Positions 1 to 9,439 of a DNA stretch of 64,000 nt are shown piece after piece; position 1 is the first letter of the stretch; the number at the start of each line of letters is the position of its first letter. The DNA lies in NCBI GenBank assembly GCA_965220105.1, contig OZ244811.1, positions 1,895,086-1,959,085 on the forward strand, given 5' to 3'. The position numbers and the translations under genes were made by a program. Origin of the DNA: Dehalococcoidia bacterium. GTDB lineage: Bacteria > Chloroflexota > Dehalococcoidia > Lucifugimonadales > UBA3495. The notes under the pieces were generated by a model, which was not told the origin of the DNA, made no database searches, and saw nothing but the letters and a program-made list of their open reading frames with translations.

Positions 1-21
1 ATTATAGCAGGGGGGTCCTCA

Positions 22-165
22 CGCGTACCCACTATAATCTGTCATTGCGAGGAGCACAGCGACGTGGCAATCTCGATGAGGTTGAACACACGTCGGCGAA
101 TCGCCGTTGCTACGACGACGAGATTGCCACGCTGCGCTCGCAATGACAAAGCGGGCACGCATGAG
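22..165. repeat. Long-hairpin intergenic repeat, copy A
   Basis: Nested self-complementary arms (GTCATTGCGAG...CTCGCAATGAC and CGTGGCAATCTCG...CGAGATTGCCACG). A second copy lies at 44164-44307 in the same orientation. Core 35-165 versus 44177-44307 differs at 5 positions by eye. Confidence 0.8.
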
Positions 166-296
166 CGGAGGAGTCGGGTTGACATTGCCGGCGGCCCTCG
201 CCACAATTGCGCCACCGTTAGGTTCGCCGTGATTCCCCGGCGCTTGGGCATTCGTGCCGCATTGCATCGGGAGGCGCCGCGTTGGGAGGTTGAATT

Positions 297-500
297 TTGC
301 CAGATTTGAACGACGCCGAGATACGGGCTCTGGCCAATGCCTCAGACATCAATATCCCGGACGACCTGGTGGGCGAAGTGCGTGAATCGCTGAACGGGCT
401 GCTGGCTGCCCTGGCCGTCATCGACGAGCCTGACGTTGCCGGCGTGGAACCCCTGCCAATCATCATTTCCGACACCGCACGTCAGCAGGAGGCGCCGTGA
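297..500 (+). CDS. GatC/AtzG-like small amidase-partner protein (67 aa)
   Basis: TTG start 7 nt after GGGAGG. The sequence pattern (LNDAEIRALA...ESLNGLL...DVAGVEPL) resembles GatC-type peptides. Its stop overlaps the start of the downstream amidase (GTGATG). Confidence 0.6.
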   Translation: MPDLNDAEIRALANASDINIPDDLVGEVRESLNGLLAALAVIDEPDVAGVEPLPIIISDTARQQEAP

Positions 501-1921
501 TGGCAAGTGCAGACCTTTGCTACCTGTCGGCCACCGAACTCGGGGAGCGGATAGCGTCCGGCGCAATATCCTCTGCCGATGCTACCGAGGCGTACCTGCA
601 ACGCATCGCCGACCTGGATGGCAACTACGCTTCGTATATCACGGTCACCGCCGACCGGGCCCGGGAAGATGCCCGCCGGGCCGACGCTGAGTTGGCTGCC
701 GGGCAACGTCGCGGGCCGCTCCATGGCGTGCCGGTGGCGGTGAAGGACCAGTTCAACACGGCCGGCATCGTCACCACCAACGGTTCCACGATAATGGCCG
801 AAAACGTGCCTGCTGAGGACGCCACGGTGATGGTCCGGCTGCGCGAGGCAGGCACTGTGCTCCTGGGCAAGCTCAATATGAGCGAATACGCCAGCGGTGA
901 CGCCTTTCGCCATCCCTACGGGAGGCCGCGCAACCCGTGGGATACCGACCGAAACCCCGGCACCAGCAGCAGCGGATCCGGCGCGGCCACCGCGGCGTTC
1001 CTGTGCGCCACGTCCCTGGGCGAGGACACGGGTGGCAGCATCCGTGGGCCGGCGGCGTTCTGCGGTTTGGTGGGCATCCGGCCCACCTTCGGGCGGGTCA
1101 GCCGGCACGGGGTCTTTGGCGCCAGCTGGTCGATGGATACCGTGGGCCCAATTTCCCGAACCGTGACGGACTGCGCCAATACCCTGGCCGCCATCGCCGG
1201 CCACGATCCCAACGACGCGCAGACGTGGGATGTTCCGGTGCCCGATTACGCCGTTGGGTTGGGCGATGGCATAGATGGGCTCAAAGTAGGTCTGATAACA
1301 GAGCGTGTTCACACCGACGCCAACGATCCCGAGGTTAGAGACGCCATCATCGCGGCCGCCGGCGTGCTGGCCGGCCTGGGCGCCGACGTACGGGAAGTGT
1401 CGATACCGCTCATCGTCAACTCGTCGGAAATCTCCTACGGCATCATCAGCAGCGACGCGGCGATGCTGAACTGGGACATCATCACCACGGAACGGTTGCG
1501 GGAATTGGACCACAACAATCAGGTGCGTCTGCTCATGGGCAGCATTGTACCGGCCAAGATTTATCAAAAGGCGGCGCGACTGCGGGACGTGCTGCGTCGG
1601 CAAATACTGGCCGCGCTGGACGACGTTGACGTGCTGGTGATGCCGGCGTCGTCGGTGCCGGCCACGCTGATACCCGACTCGGCGGGTCTGGGCACGAAGG
1701 AAGACGTCATAGCTGGATTCAAGGGACGGCGGGGATTCACCGCGCCGTTCAACCTGGCCAACCTGCCCGCGTTATCGATAAACTGCGGATACACCGGGTC
1801 GGGGCTGCCCATCGGTCTGCAAATCGCCGGTAGAGCTTTCGACGAGTCGACGCTGTTCCGCGCAGCCTACGCCTACGAGCAAGCGACCGATTGGGGACAG
1901 CGGCGTCCGCCCGGCGTCTGA
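497..1921 (+). CDS. Amidase-signature family amidase (GatA/AtzE-like)
   Basis: 474-aa ORF with a Gly/Ser-rich amidase signature (GTSSSGSGAA, GGSIRGPAA). Translationally coupled to the 67-aa ORF. Confidence 0.9.
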   Translation: MMASADLCYLSATELGERIASGAISSADATEAYLQRIADLDGNYASYITVTADRAREDARRADAELAAGQRRGPLHGVPVAVKDQFNTAGIVTTNGSTIMAENVPAEDATVMVRLREAGTVLLGKLNMSEYASGDAFRHPYGRPRNPWDTDRNPGTSSSGSGAATAAFLCATSLGEDTGGSIRGPAAFCGLVGIRPTFGRVSRHGVFGASWSMDTVGPISRTVTDCANTLAAIAGHDPNDAQTWDVPVPDYAVGLGDGIDGLKVGLITERVHTDANDPEVRDAIIAAAGVLAGLGADVREVSIPLIVNSSEISYGIISSDAAMLNWDIITTERLRELDHNNQVRLLMGSIVPAKIYQKAARLRDVLRRQILAALDDVDVLVMPASSVPATLIPDSAGLGTKEDVIAGFKGRRGFTAPFNLANLPALSINCGYTGSGLPIGLQIAGRAFDESTLFRAAYAYEQATDWGQRRPPGV

Positions 1922-1944
1922 ATCTGACAAGAGGCCAATGCATC

Positions 1945-3294
1945 ATGCCAAACCCCAACGAACTCACCGCCACCCAGGCTGCCCACGCGGTGGCGAAAAG
2001 GAGCATCACGGCGACGGAGCTGGCTGAAGCCTGCCTCAATCGGATTGAATCCCTGGATGCCAGATTGAAAGCCTGGGTATACGTGGACCGTGAAGCGGTG
2101 CTGGCGGAAGCGCGGGCCGCCGATCAGGCCTTATCGTCGGGTCGCCCACTGGGTCCGTTGCACGGTGTTCCGGTCGGCCTCAAGGACATTTACTACACGG
2201 CAAACATCCCCACGCGAGCCGGCAGCGAGGTGTACAAGGACTTCGTTCCCGAATTCGACGCCACGTCGGTGACTCTGCTCAAGAGGGCTGGCGCGTTGAT
2301 GCTGGGGAAGGCGGTAACTACGGAGTTCGCCTGCCTGGACCCTTCACCAACGGTGAATCCGTGGAACGCGGCGCATACGCCGGGAGGCAGCAGCAGCGGC
2401 TCGGCGGTGGCAGTGGCCTCGCGCATGTGTCCGGCTGCCCTGGGTTCCCAGACGGTTGGGTCGGTGCTGCGACCGGCAGCATACAACGGCGTGGTCGGGT
2501 TCAAACCGACTTTCGGACGGGTTAGCCGATACGGGGTGGTACCGGTCAGCTGGAACCTGGATACGGTGGGCTGGCTGGTGAGGAGCGTGGAAGACGCCGC
2601 ATTGCTTTTGCAGGTAATGTCGGGGCCGGACGTTAACGATCCGGTATCGTCCCACGAACCGGTGGGGGATTATCTGTCTGGAATAGCCGACCCGCCGGCG
2701 CCCCGCATCGGTGTGCTGCGGCGGTACTTCTACCAGGGGGCGGACGCGGAGACGCGTCAACATCTGGATAGCGTGGTTGAACGACTGGCGCAGGCCGGCG
2801 CCCGGATTGAAGAGCTACCGATGCCTCCCAGCATCGACACGGCGTACGTCAACCAACGCCTGATAATGTCGGTGGAAGCGGCGGCGTTTCACGAACCTAT
2901 GTACCGCGTGCAGGCCGAGGACTATCAGCCCAAGCTGCGAGCGATGCTGGCCGACGGTTTGCAGGTGGACGGCATCGCCTATTCGCGTGCGTTGGAAAAT
3001 CGACGGCAGTTCATCACCGACATGGAGCAGCTTTCCCAGCAGTGCGACGTCCTGCTGACGCCGGCCACGCCGTCGCCGCCACAGGCCGATGTCACAAACA
3101 CCGGCGATCCGGCGTTCCAGGGGCCTTGGACATCATGCGGCTTGCCGGCCATCGCATTGCCCTCGGGCATCGCCGAATCGGGATTGCCGCTGGGCATCCA
3201 GCTGGTGGCGTCGCCCTTTGCGGAGTCGAGATTGCTGTCGTCGGCGGCCTGGTGCGAGGATGTATTGGGCGTGGACCTGATGCCGCCGGTATAG
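1945..3294 (+). CDS. Second amidase-signature family amidase
   Basis: 449 aa counted from the ATG at 1945, with GGSSSGSAVAVA and LRPAAYNGVVGFKPT motifs. Paralogous to the upstream amidase. Confidence 0.9.
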   Translation: MPNPNELTATQAAHAVAKRSITATELAEACLNRIESLDARLKAWVYVDREAVLAEARAADQALSSGRPLGPLHGVPVGLKDIYYTANIPTRAGSEVYKDFVPEFDATSVTLLKRAGALMLGKAVTTEFACLDPSPTVNPWNAAHTPGGSSSGSAVAVASRMCPAALGSQTVGSVLRPAAYNGVVGFKPTFGRVSRYGVVPVSWNLDTVGWLVRSVEDAALLLQVMSGPDVNDPVSSHEPVGDYLSGIADPPAPRIGVLRRYFYQGADAETRQHLDSVVERLAQAGARIEELPMPPSIDTAYVNQRLIMSVEAAAFHEPMYRVQAEDYQPKLRAMLADGLQVDGIAYSRALENRRQFITDMEQLSQQCDVLLTPATPSPPQADVTNTGDPAFQGPWTSCGLPAIALPSGIAESGLPLGIQLVASPFAESRLLSSAAWCEDVLGVDLMPPV

Positions 3295-3721
3295 ATCGTT
3301 TAAAGGGCGGTACGTAAAATCTCATTTAGCGGATACTAAAATACATGAAAGGCAGCGTATTAAACTATACAGTGCAGACTACCTCGGGCGTCATGTCCGG
3401 AGTTGATAACCAGCGGTCCGTTCATCGTAGGGGTTATTTCATTTGTTGAGGGCATCATGTACTTGACAGCCTCGGATGAAGATTTCGAGCGAAAGTACGT
3501 CCGCTGATAGCAAACAGGTCGAACCCCATCGGGCATTTCTAAAACGGTATCCCGATGATATTGCGTAATCAGCGATACATCCTTCCTTGCCAGTATTACA
3601 CGCCATGTCCAGATGCCCGATGACGGTGGGCTGTCGACTTCGTTGCCTGGCAACCGTACTGGTAATTATGGGTATTTTTGGGGTAGGATAAGCCCCTACA
3701 ATCATCAAGGAGACCCAACCA

Positions 3722-4996
3722 ATGGCAACTACTCGCCCGCGCCGGCTGGCGCGCCAGGTGTCAATCGTCGGCGCCGGACTGTCCCAGTTCGGTGCGTATC
3801 CCGACAAGACCAGTCGCGACCTGTTCGTGGAAGCGTTCCAGGATATGCAGGAGAATATTGACCAGGGCATTACCGCCCAGGACATCGAAGCCGGTTACCT
3901 GGGTAACTATTCCGCCGACCTGTTCGAGCATCAGGGCCACACCGCGCCCATTATGGCCGACTGGTTGGGGATGACGCCGACTCCCTTCACCCGGGTGGAA
4001 AACGCCTGCGCCAGCAGCGGCAGCGCGCTGCGCGAGGGCGTAATGGCCATCGCCAGCGGTATGTATGACGTGGTGCTCGTGGGCGGCGTTGAGAAAATGA
4101 CGTCCCTACCCACGGAGGGCGTGACCGACGTTCTCGCGTCGGCAGCGGACGGCCTGTACGAGGTGCCGGCGGGGCTAACTTTCCCGGGCATTTTCGGCGC
4201 CATCGCCAAGGCCCACATGGACCGCTACGAGACCAATCTGAATCATTTGCTCAAGGTCGGCATCAAGAATCATGAGAATGGCAAGCTGAACCCCAAGGCC
4301 CAGTTCCAGCAGACGGTGCGGGACATGATGGATCGCCGCAAGGCGCGGGCCGAGCAGCGCGGCGAAACCGTGCCCGACTGGGCCGACGAGCTGGATTTCC
4401 TCAACGACGCCCGGGCCAACCCGTGGATTGCCTGGCCGCTGCGGCTGTACGACTGCGCGCCGATCACCGACGGTGCGTCCTGCGTGCTGCTGGTGGCCAG
4501 CGACATCGCCAACCAGTTCACCGACCAGCCGATCCGCATGGCGGGTATCGGCCAGGCGACCGGGCGACCGCTGCACGATGCCGAAGAGCTGACGTCGTTG
4601 TCGGCGGCCAAAATCGCGGCGGAGCAAGCCTACGGGATGGCGGGCATTGGGCCCAACGATGTTGGTGTGGCTGAAGTCCATGACTGCTTCACCATCGCCG
4701 AGATCGTAGCCAGCGAGGACCTGGGGTTCTTTGCCCCCGGCGAGGGGCCCCACGCGGTGGACGAAGGGCGCACCGCCCGCAGCGGCGACCGGCCCATCAA
4801 CACCAGTGGCGGTTTGAAGGCCAAGGGGCATCCGGTGGGAGCCAGCGGCGTGGCCCAGGTCATCGAGGTCTACAAGCAACTGCGTGGCGAAGCCGGTGAG
4901 CGTCAGTTGGACAATCCGAACCTGGAGTTTGGTTTGACCCACAACGTGGGCGGCACTGGCGGCACCTGCGTCGTCAACGTGCTGCAACGCGGCTAG
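3722..4996 (+). CDS. Thiolase-like protein (SCP-x/DUF35-associated type)
   Basis: 424 aa with AAGGAG-like RBS. Thiolase-type motifs are visible (NACASSGSAL, GGVEKM, GHPVGASG). Confidence 0.85.
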   Translation: MATTRPRRLARQVSIVGAGLSQFGAYPDKTSRDLFVEAFQDMQENIDQGITAQDIEAGYLGNYSADLFEHQGHTAPIMADWLGMTPTPFTRVENACASSGSALREGVMAIASGMYDVVLVGGVEKMTSLPTEGVTDVLASAADGLYEVPAGLTFPGIFGAIAKAHMDRYETNLNHLLKVGIKNHENGKLNPKAQFQQTVRDMMDRRKARAEQRGETVPDWADELDFLNDARANPWIAWPLRLYDCAPITDGASCVLLVASDIANQFTDQPIRMAGIGQATGRPLHDAEELTSLSAAKIAAEQAYGMAGIGPNDVGVAEVHDCFTIAEIVASEDLGFFAPGEGPHAVDEGRTARSGDRPINTSGGLKAKGHPVGASGVAQVIEVYKQLRGEAGERQLDNPNLEFGLTHNVGGTGGTCVVNVLQRG

Positions 4997-5005
4997 GGGG
5001 TTGCC

Positions 5006-5425
5006 ATGACCACCGACGCCGAATCCAGGCCGTTCAACGCCGCCTCATTCTATGCGTTCCTCAAGGAAGGTCGGTTCATGGGCGTGCGCTGCCGTGAGAA
5101 CGGGAACATCTACGCCGAGGCCCGACCCATCGACCCAGTGAGCCACAGCCGGGATATGGAATGGCATGAGCTGAGCGGTCGGGCGACTTTGAGCACTTTC
5201 ACGTGCATCTCGGTGGCGCCGGCGTCGCTGGAGGCCAAGGGTTACGGGCGCAATAATCCGTACTGCACGGGCATAGTGACGCTGGAGGAGGGTCCGCGGA
5301 TCAGCGCGCGAATCTCTGGAGTGGATGCGGCCAACCCGCAGACCATTCCCACCGACCTGCCGGTGGTGTTGGCGTTGGACGAGATAGACGCCGACGACCC
5401 GGGGCTGGTGTTCCGGCCGGCTTGA
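5006..5425 (+). CDS. DUF35-type OB-fold protein (thiolase partner)
   Basis: 139-aa ORF 9 nt after the thiolase stop. Thiolase+DUF35 is a typical gene pair. The family assignment is from memory of sequence style. Confidence 0.6.
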   Translation: MTTDAESRPFNAASFYAFLKEGRFMGVRCRENGNIYAEARPIDPVSHSRDMEWHELSGRATLSTFTCISVAPASLEAKGYGRNNPYCTGIVTLEEGPRISARISGVDAANPQTIPTDLPVVLALDEIDADDPGLVFRPA

Positions 5426-5441
5426 CGTCGCCCAGCGATTC

Positions 5442-5477
5442 AAAAAAGTGTAGGGGCTACCAACCGGTCGCCCCTAC
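5442..5477 (-). terminator. Intrinsic terminator for the VOC gene
   Basis: 8-bp stem GTAGGGGC/GCCCCTAC (5450-5477) followed on the minus strand by TTTTTT (5442-5447). It sits between convergent genes. Confidence 0.6.
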
Positions 5478-5504
5478 GTATTGGTAGCCGGTGTCGTAGT
5501 TGGC

Positions 5505-5930
5505 CTAGTCGAAGCCGCGAGTGCCGATCCAGCCGGTGCCGGAGACGTCGATCATCTCGCCGTTGGGGCCTTCGTACTTGGTCTCCACGTTCTGGGTGCG
5601 GGGGCCGCCCATGCCGGCGTGCAGCGCGTTGTTGACGTCGTCCATGGGCTTGGAGTTGTTTTCCATCAGCCGCTTTTCGATGTCTTCCAGGTCTTCGACC
5701 TCGAAGCCGATGTGGTGGATGCCTTCCCAGTCCTTGCCGCGCTCACCGGCCACAGTGTCGTTCTGGAAATCCAGGATGGCCATGTTGACGTTGCCGTCGC
5801 TGAGCATGAAGCCGCGGGCGTTTTCGCTCTCCAACTGGGCCACTTGACGAAGCCCAAAGACTTCGGAGTAGAACTTGGCGGTGCCTTCCGCGTCGTTGGT
5901 GGCGATGGCGATGTGCTTGATCTGAGGCAT
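5505..5930 (-). CDS. VOC family (glyoxalase/dioxygenase-fold) protein
   Basis: 141 aa. The sequence style (MPQIKHIAIATND...FY..VFG, HHIGFEVEDL) is typical of VOC-fold proteins. Confidence 0.8.
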   Translation of the reverse strand: MPQIKHIAIATNDAEGTAKFYSEVFGLRQVAQLESENARGFMLSDGNVNMAILDFQNDTVAGERGKDWEGIHHIGFEVEDLEDIEKRLMENNSKPMDDVNNALHAGMGGPRTQNVETKYEGPNGEMIDVSGTGWIGTRGFD

Positions 5931-6209
5931 GTCTCCCTCCCTACGTATGTTGTAATCTGGCGACCAGGACGCATTGCCTGGAGAACTGATGGCGCAACAA
6001 TACCACGTTTGCCGTTGCTGGGCTAGTGGCGATGGAACACGCCCGTCCCCGGGGCAGGTGTCCTGGTTGGCGTTATTCCGGGCGCAATGCGGCGTGACCG
6101 GCGTCTGAATGCCACAGGCTGTTGCTGCCCGTTCGGCGGGTGGGACGCCGTGTTAGAATGGCGCAACTTCAAGATATCAAGCACGTGGGAAATCACGAGG
6201 AGGCAATAC

Positions 6210-7376
6210 ATGGCTGCTCCAGCGCGGATGAATTTTGGCGTATTCATGGCACCGTTCCACCGGGTCGGCGAGAATCCGACGCTGGCGCTGGAGCGCGACC
6301 TGGAACTGCTGCAATGGCTGGACCATCTGGGTTATGACGAAGCATGGATCGGTGAGCACCACAGCGCCGGCTGGGAAACCATCGCCTCCCCGGAGGTTTT
6401 CATGGCAACCGCCGCCGAGCGGACGCGCAACCTGCGTTTGGGCACGGGCGTGGTGAGCCTGCCCTATCACCATCCGTATATGGTGGCCAACCGGATGGTG
6501 CTGCTCGACCACCTCACCCGCGGCCGGGTGATGCTGGGCGTAGGGCCCGGCGCATTGGCCTCCGATGCGTACATGTTCGGCATCGACCCCGCCCGTCAGC
6601 GGGAAATGATGGACGAATCGCTGGGGGCCATCAAACGACTGATGGACAGTCCCGAACCCTACACCTACACCAGCGACTGGTTTGAGCTGCACGACGCGCA
6701 TCTCCAATTGCGTCCTTACCAGCAGCCCTTCCCGCTGGTGGTCGCATCAGTGCAGTCGCCGGCTGGCGTGATGACGGCTGGCAAGTACGGCGCGGGGGTC
6801 ATTTCGTTGAGCGTGCCGCGGGATATGGTACGGTCAACGTCGCTGAAGTCCCAGTGGGCCATCGCGGAGGAGACGGCCGCGGAGCACGGCCAAACCGTCA
6901 AGCGCGAGGAATGGCGTCTCTCGGTTGGTGTGCACCTGGCCGAAAGCAAGAAAGAAGCCCAGGAGGATATTCGCGAGGGCTCGGCGCGGGTAGTTACTGA
7001 ATACTTTGGTAACACGCTGGGACACGAGGTTCCCGACGTGCCTCGCGACCAGATTGTGGATTTCATGACCGACAATAACCAGTGGATTGTGGGCACGCCG
7101 GACGACTGCATCAAGCGGATCAATGAGCTGCAGGAGATTTCCGGCGGTTTCGGTGGGATGCTGGTGCGCGTGGAGGATTGGGCGCCCCGGGACAAGCTGC
7201 ATCGTTCGTACGAGCTGATGGCCCGCTACGTGATGCCCCAGTTCCAAGGGACTATCGCCGGTATCCAGACGTCCCAGCAGTGGGCATCCGACATGCGGGA
7301 CACGTTGCAGGTGAACCGCCGCGCCGGCCTGGATCGCGCTGCCGAAGTATACGAGCAGACCCGCCAACAGAGCTAA
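6210..7376 (+). CDS. LLM-class (luciferase-like) flavin-dependent oxidoreductase
   Basis: 388 aa from the ATG at 6210, preceded by GAGGAGG. The N-terminus FGVFMAPFH...LGYDEAWIGEHH is typical of LLM proteins. Confidence 0.85.
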   Translation: MAAPARMNFGVFMAPFHRVGENPTLALERDLELLQWLDHLGYDEAWIGEHHSAGWETIASPEVFMATAAERTRNLRLGTGVVSLPYHHPYMVANRMVLLDHLTRGRVMLGVGPGALASDAYMFGIDPARQREMMDESLGAIKRLMDSPEPYTYTSDWFELHDAHLQLRPYQQPFPLVVASVQSPAGVMTAGKYGAGVISLSVPRDMVRSTSLKSQWAIAEETAAEHGQTVKREEWRLSVGVHLAESKKEAQEDIREGSARVVTEYFGNTLGHEVPDVPRDQIVDFMTDNNQWIVGTPDDCIKRINELQEISGGFGGMLVRVEDWAPRDKLHRSYELMARYVMPQFQGTIAGIQTSQQWASDMRDTLQVNRRAGLDRAAEVYEQTRQQS

Positions 7377-7571
7377 CCGGTCAACGACTCCCAACGGGAC
7401 GCATCCGACGATCCGTCGGGTGCGTCCTTATCTATTTTTCTGCGCGGCGGTGAATTGCGTGGGACAGAATCGTTGCAGGTATAATGCAGTCAGAAGCGAA
7501 CTAACGAAGGCCATCATGAGCCCAATGGCGTGGGCCGCCGGGAACCTGCCGGTCAGGCAAAGGAATGGGAA

Positions 7572-9020
7572 ATGCGGAAGACAAAGATTATTGCCACCAT
7601 AGGCCCGGCGTCGCGGTCGCCGGAGACCCTGGATCGCCTGGTGGCAGCTGGAATGGACGTGGCGCGGCTGAACTTTTCCCACGGTACGCTGGAAGAGCAC
7701 GCCGAAGTCATCGCCAATGTCCGCGAAGCGTCCCGGCGCCAGAACCGCCCGGTTGCGGTGCTGCAGGACCTGGGCGGCAACAAGTTCCGGTTGGGGCACA
7801 TGGCGGAAGCCATTCAACTGAACTTCGGCGATGCGATTTCGATCGTCAACGAACCGCGATCGGAAGACCCCGGCCAGTTGCCATTTCCGGAGCCGTCCAT
7901 CCTGAGAAACCTTCGACCCGGCAACCTGGTTTACATCTCCGATGGCACGGTTTGCCTGGAAGTGTTGGATGTTACGGATGACCTGGAAGTCAAAACCCGG
8001 GTGCGTATCGGCGGGAATCTGTCCTCGTACAAGGGCGTGAACCTGCCCGACGTGCCTATCGACATGCCGGTAATTACTGAGAGTGACAAGATTGCTCTCC
8101 AGTTCGGCGTGGAGCAGGAAGTGGACTGGGTAGCGCTCTCCTTCGTGAGAACGGGAGAGGACGTTCGCTACGCTCGAGCTTACCTGAACCAACTGAATAG
8201 CCGCGCGCCGGTAATGGCCAAGCTGGAGCGTCGTGAATGCATCGACAACCTGGATGACATCCTTCGCGAGGTTGACGGCATCATGGTCGCCCGCGGGGAT
8301 CTGGGCGTTGAGATGCCCATGGAGGAAGTTCCCGTCATCCAGAAAAATATGGTGACCAGGGCGAACGAGGCGGGCCGCATCTCGTCGGTGGCAACGCAGA
8401 TGCTCCGCTCGATGGTAAATTCACCCACACCGACCCGGGCCGAAATTTCTGACATTGCCAACGCAGTGCTGGACGGTTGCGACTCGATCCTGCTGTCGGA
8501 CGAGATAGCGGTGGGAGGGTATCCGGTAGAGGCGGTACGCATCGCGGACGCGGCCATCGTGCAAGCGGAAAAGATGTACCACTACTACACGGAGTTTCCG
8601 CAGCGCGACCAGACCCAATCGGTTACCTGGGGTGCGACACAGCTCACCAAGTCGTTGGATGCCAAACCCATCGTGATCACGAGCACCGGGCGCGCGGCGT
8701 TTGAGATGGCGCGGTTCCGGCCCGAGAACGACGTGCTGGTGTTCTCCCATGACGAGGCGGTGCAACGGCGCGTGTGCATGGCCTGGGGTCTGGCGCCGAA
8801 AGGCGTCATTCCGGCAGAACCCGACGTGGCGAAGCTGGTAACGCTGCTGGTGGACGAAGCGATGGCCACGGGTCTGGTTTCGGAGCGGGACATAGTGACG
8901 CTGGTGCATGGGTTCATGACGGGTGTCACGGGCACGACCAACACCATCCAGGTGCTCAACATTCGGGAGTATCTGAACCACATCGGGCGCAACGCGGTGC
9001 CCCACGCGGCGCCGGTGTAA
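7572..9020 (+). CDS. pyk: Pyruvate kinase
   Basis: MRKTKIIATIGPAS...RLNFSHG...MVARGDLGVE motifs across 482 aa. Confidence 0.95.
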   Translation: MRKTKIIATIGPASRSPETLDRLVAAGMDVARLNFSHGTLEEHAEVIANVREASRRQNRPVAVLQDLGGNKFRLGHMAEAIQLNFGDAISIVNEPRSEDPGQLPFPEPSILRNLRPGNLVYISDGTVCLEVLDVTDDLEVKTRVRIGGNLSSYKGVNLPDVPIDMPVITESDKIALQFGVEQEVDWVALSFVRTGEDVRYARAYLNQLNSRAPVMAKLERRECIDNLDDILREVDGIMVARGDLGVEMPMEEVPVIQKNMVTRANEAGRISSVATQMLRSMVNSPTPTRAEISDIANAVLDGCDSILLSDEIAVGGYPVEAVRIADAAIVQAEKMYHYYTEFPQRDQTQSVTWGATQLTKSLDAKPIVITSTGRAAFEMARFRPENDVLVFSHDEAVQRRVCMAWGLAPKGVIPAEPDVAKLVTLLVDEAMATGLVSERDIVTLVHGFMTGVTGTTNTIQVLNIREYLNHIGRNAVPHAAPV

Positions 9021-9047
9021 GGGACGGCGTGTAAGCGGAGGCATAGT

Positions 9048-9404
9048 GTGACTGGTCAGGAGTATGCACAAAAAGCGCGTGATTTTCTGGCCGATGCAGA
9101 CCGGGAATTTGCCGCCGGAGACCGGCAGCAGGCTTCGGAGAAACTCTACGGCGCGGCGAACGAAGCGCTGAGCGCCATAGCGTTACAGCGCGGCTGGCGG
9201 TATCGCACCCATCGGGATATGAAAAACGCCAGCCAACGACTGGCGGAAGAATACAGCGATCTTTTCTTGATTGGCGGATTTTCCATCGCCGAAAAGTTTC
9301 ATAAGAACTTTTATCACGACGAGATGGAAGATTACGAGATTGAGGTTGACCGTCCAGCGGTTCACCAGTTCGTTGCACGCGTGCTGGCGTTATTGGAGGG
9401 CTGA
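9048..9404 (+). CDS. PaREP1/HEPN-like helical protein
   Basis: 118 aa. The pattern ASEKLYGAA...AL...HRDM...KFHKNFYHDE resembles the PaREP1 family (recalled, not searched). Confidence 0.5.
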   Translation: MTGQEYAQKARDFLADADREFAAGDRQQASEKLYGAANEALSAIALQRGWRYRTHRDMKNASQRLAEEYSDLFLIGGFSIAEKFHKNFYHDEMEDYEIEVDRPAVHQFVARVLALLEG

Positions 9405-9439
9405 CGCTGCAATCGGCGTGCCAATGTTGCAGGAAACCG

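Noticed and set aside
3295-3721. The 97-aa and 148-aa ORFs (3360-3653, 3439-3885) and a possible riboswitch in the AT-rich gap before the thiolase gene
   Set aside because: The ORF translations have no motifs and are poorly placed. I could not recognise any conserved RNA motif or convincing promoter, so the region is left unannotated.
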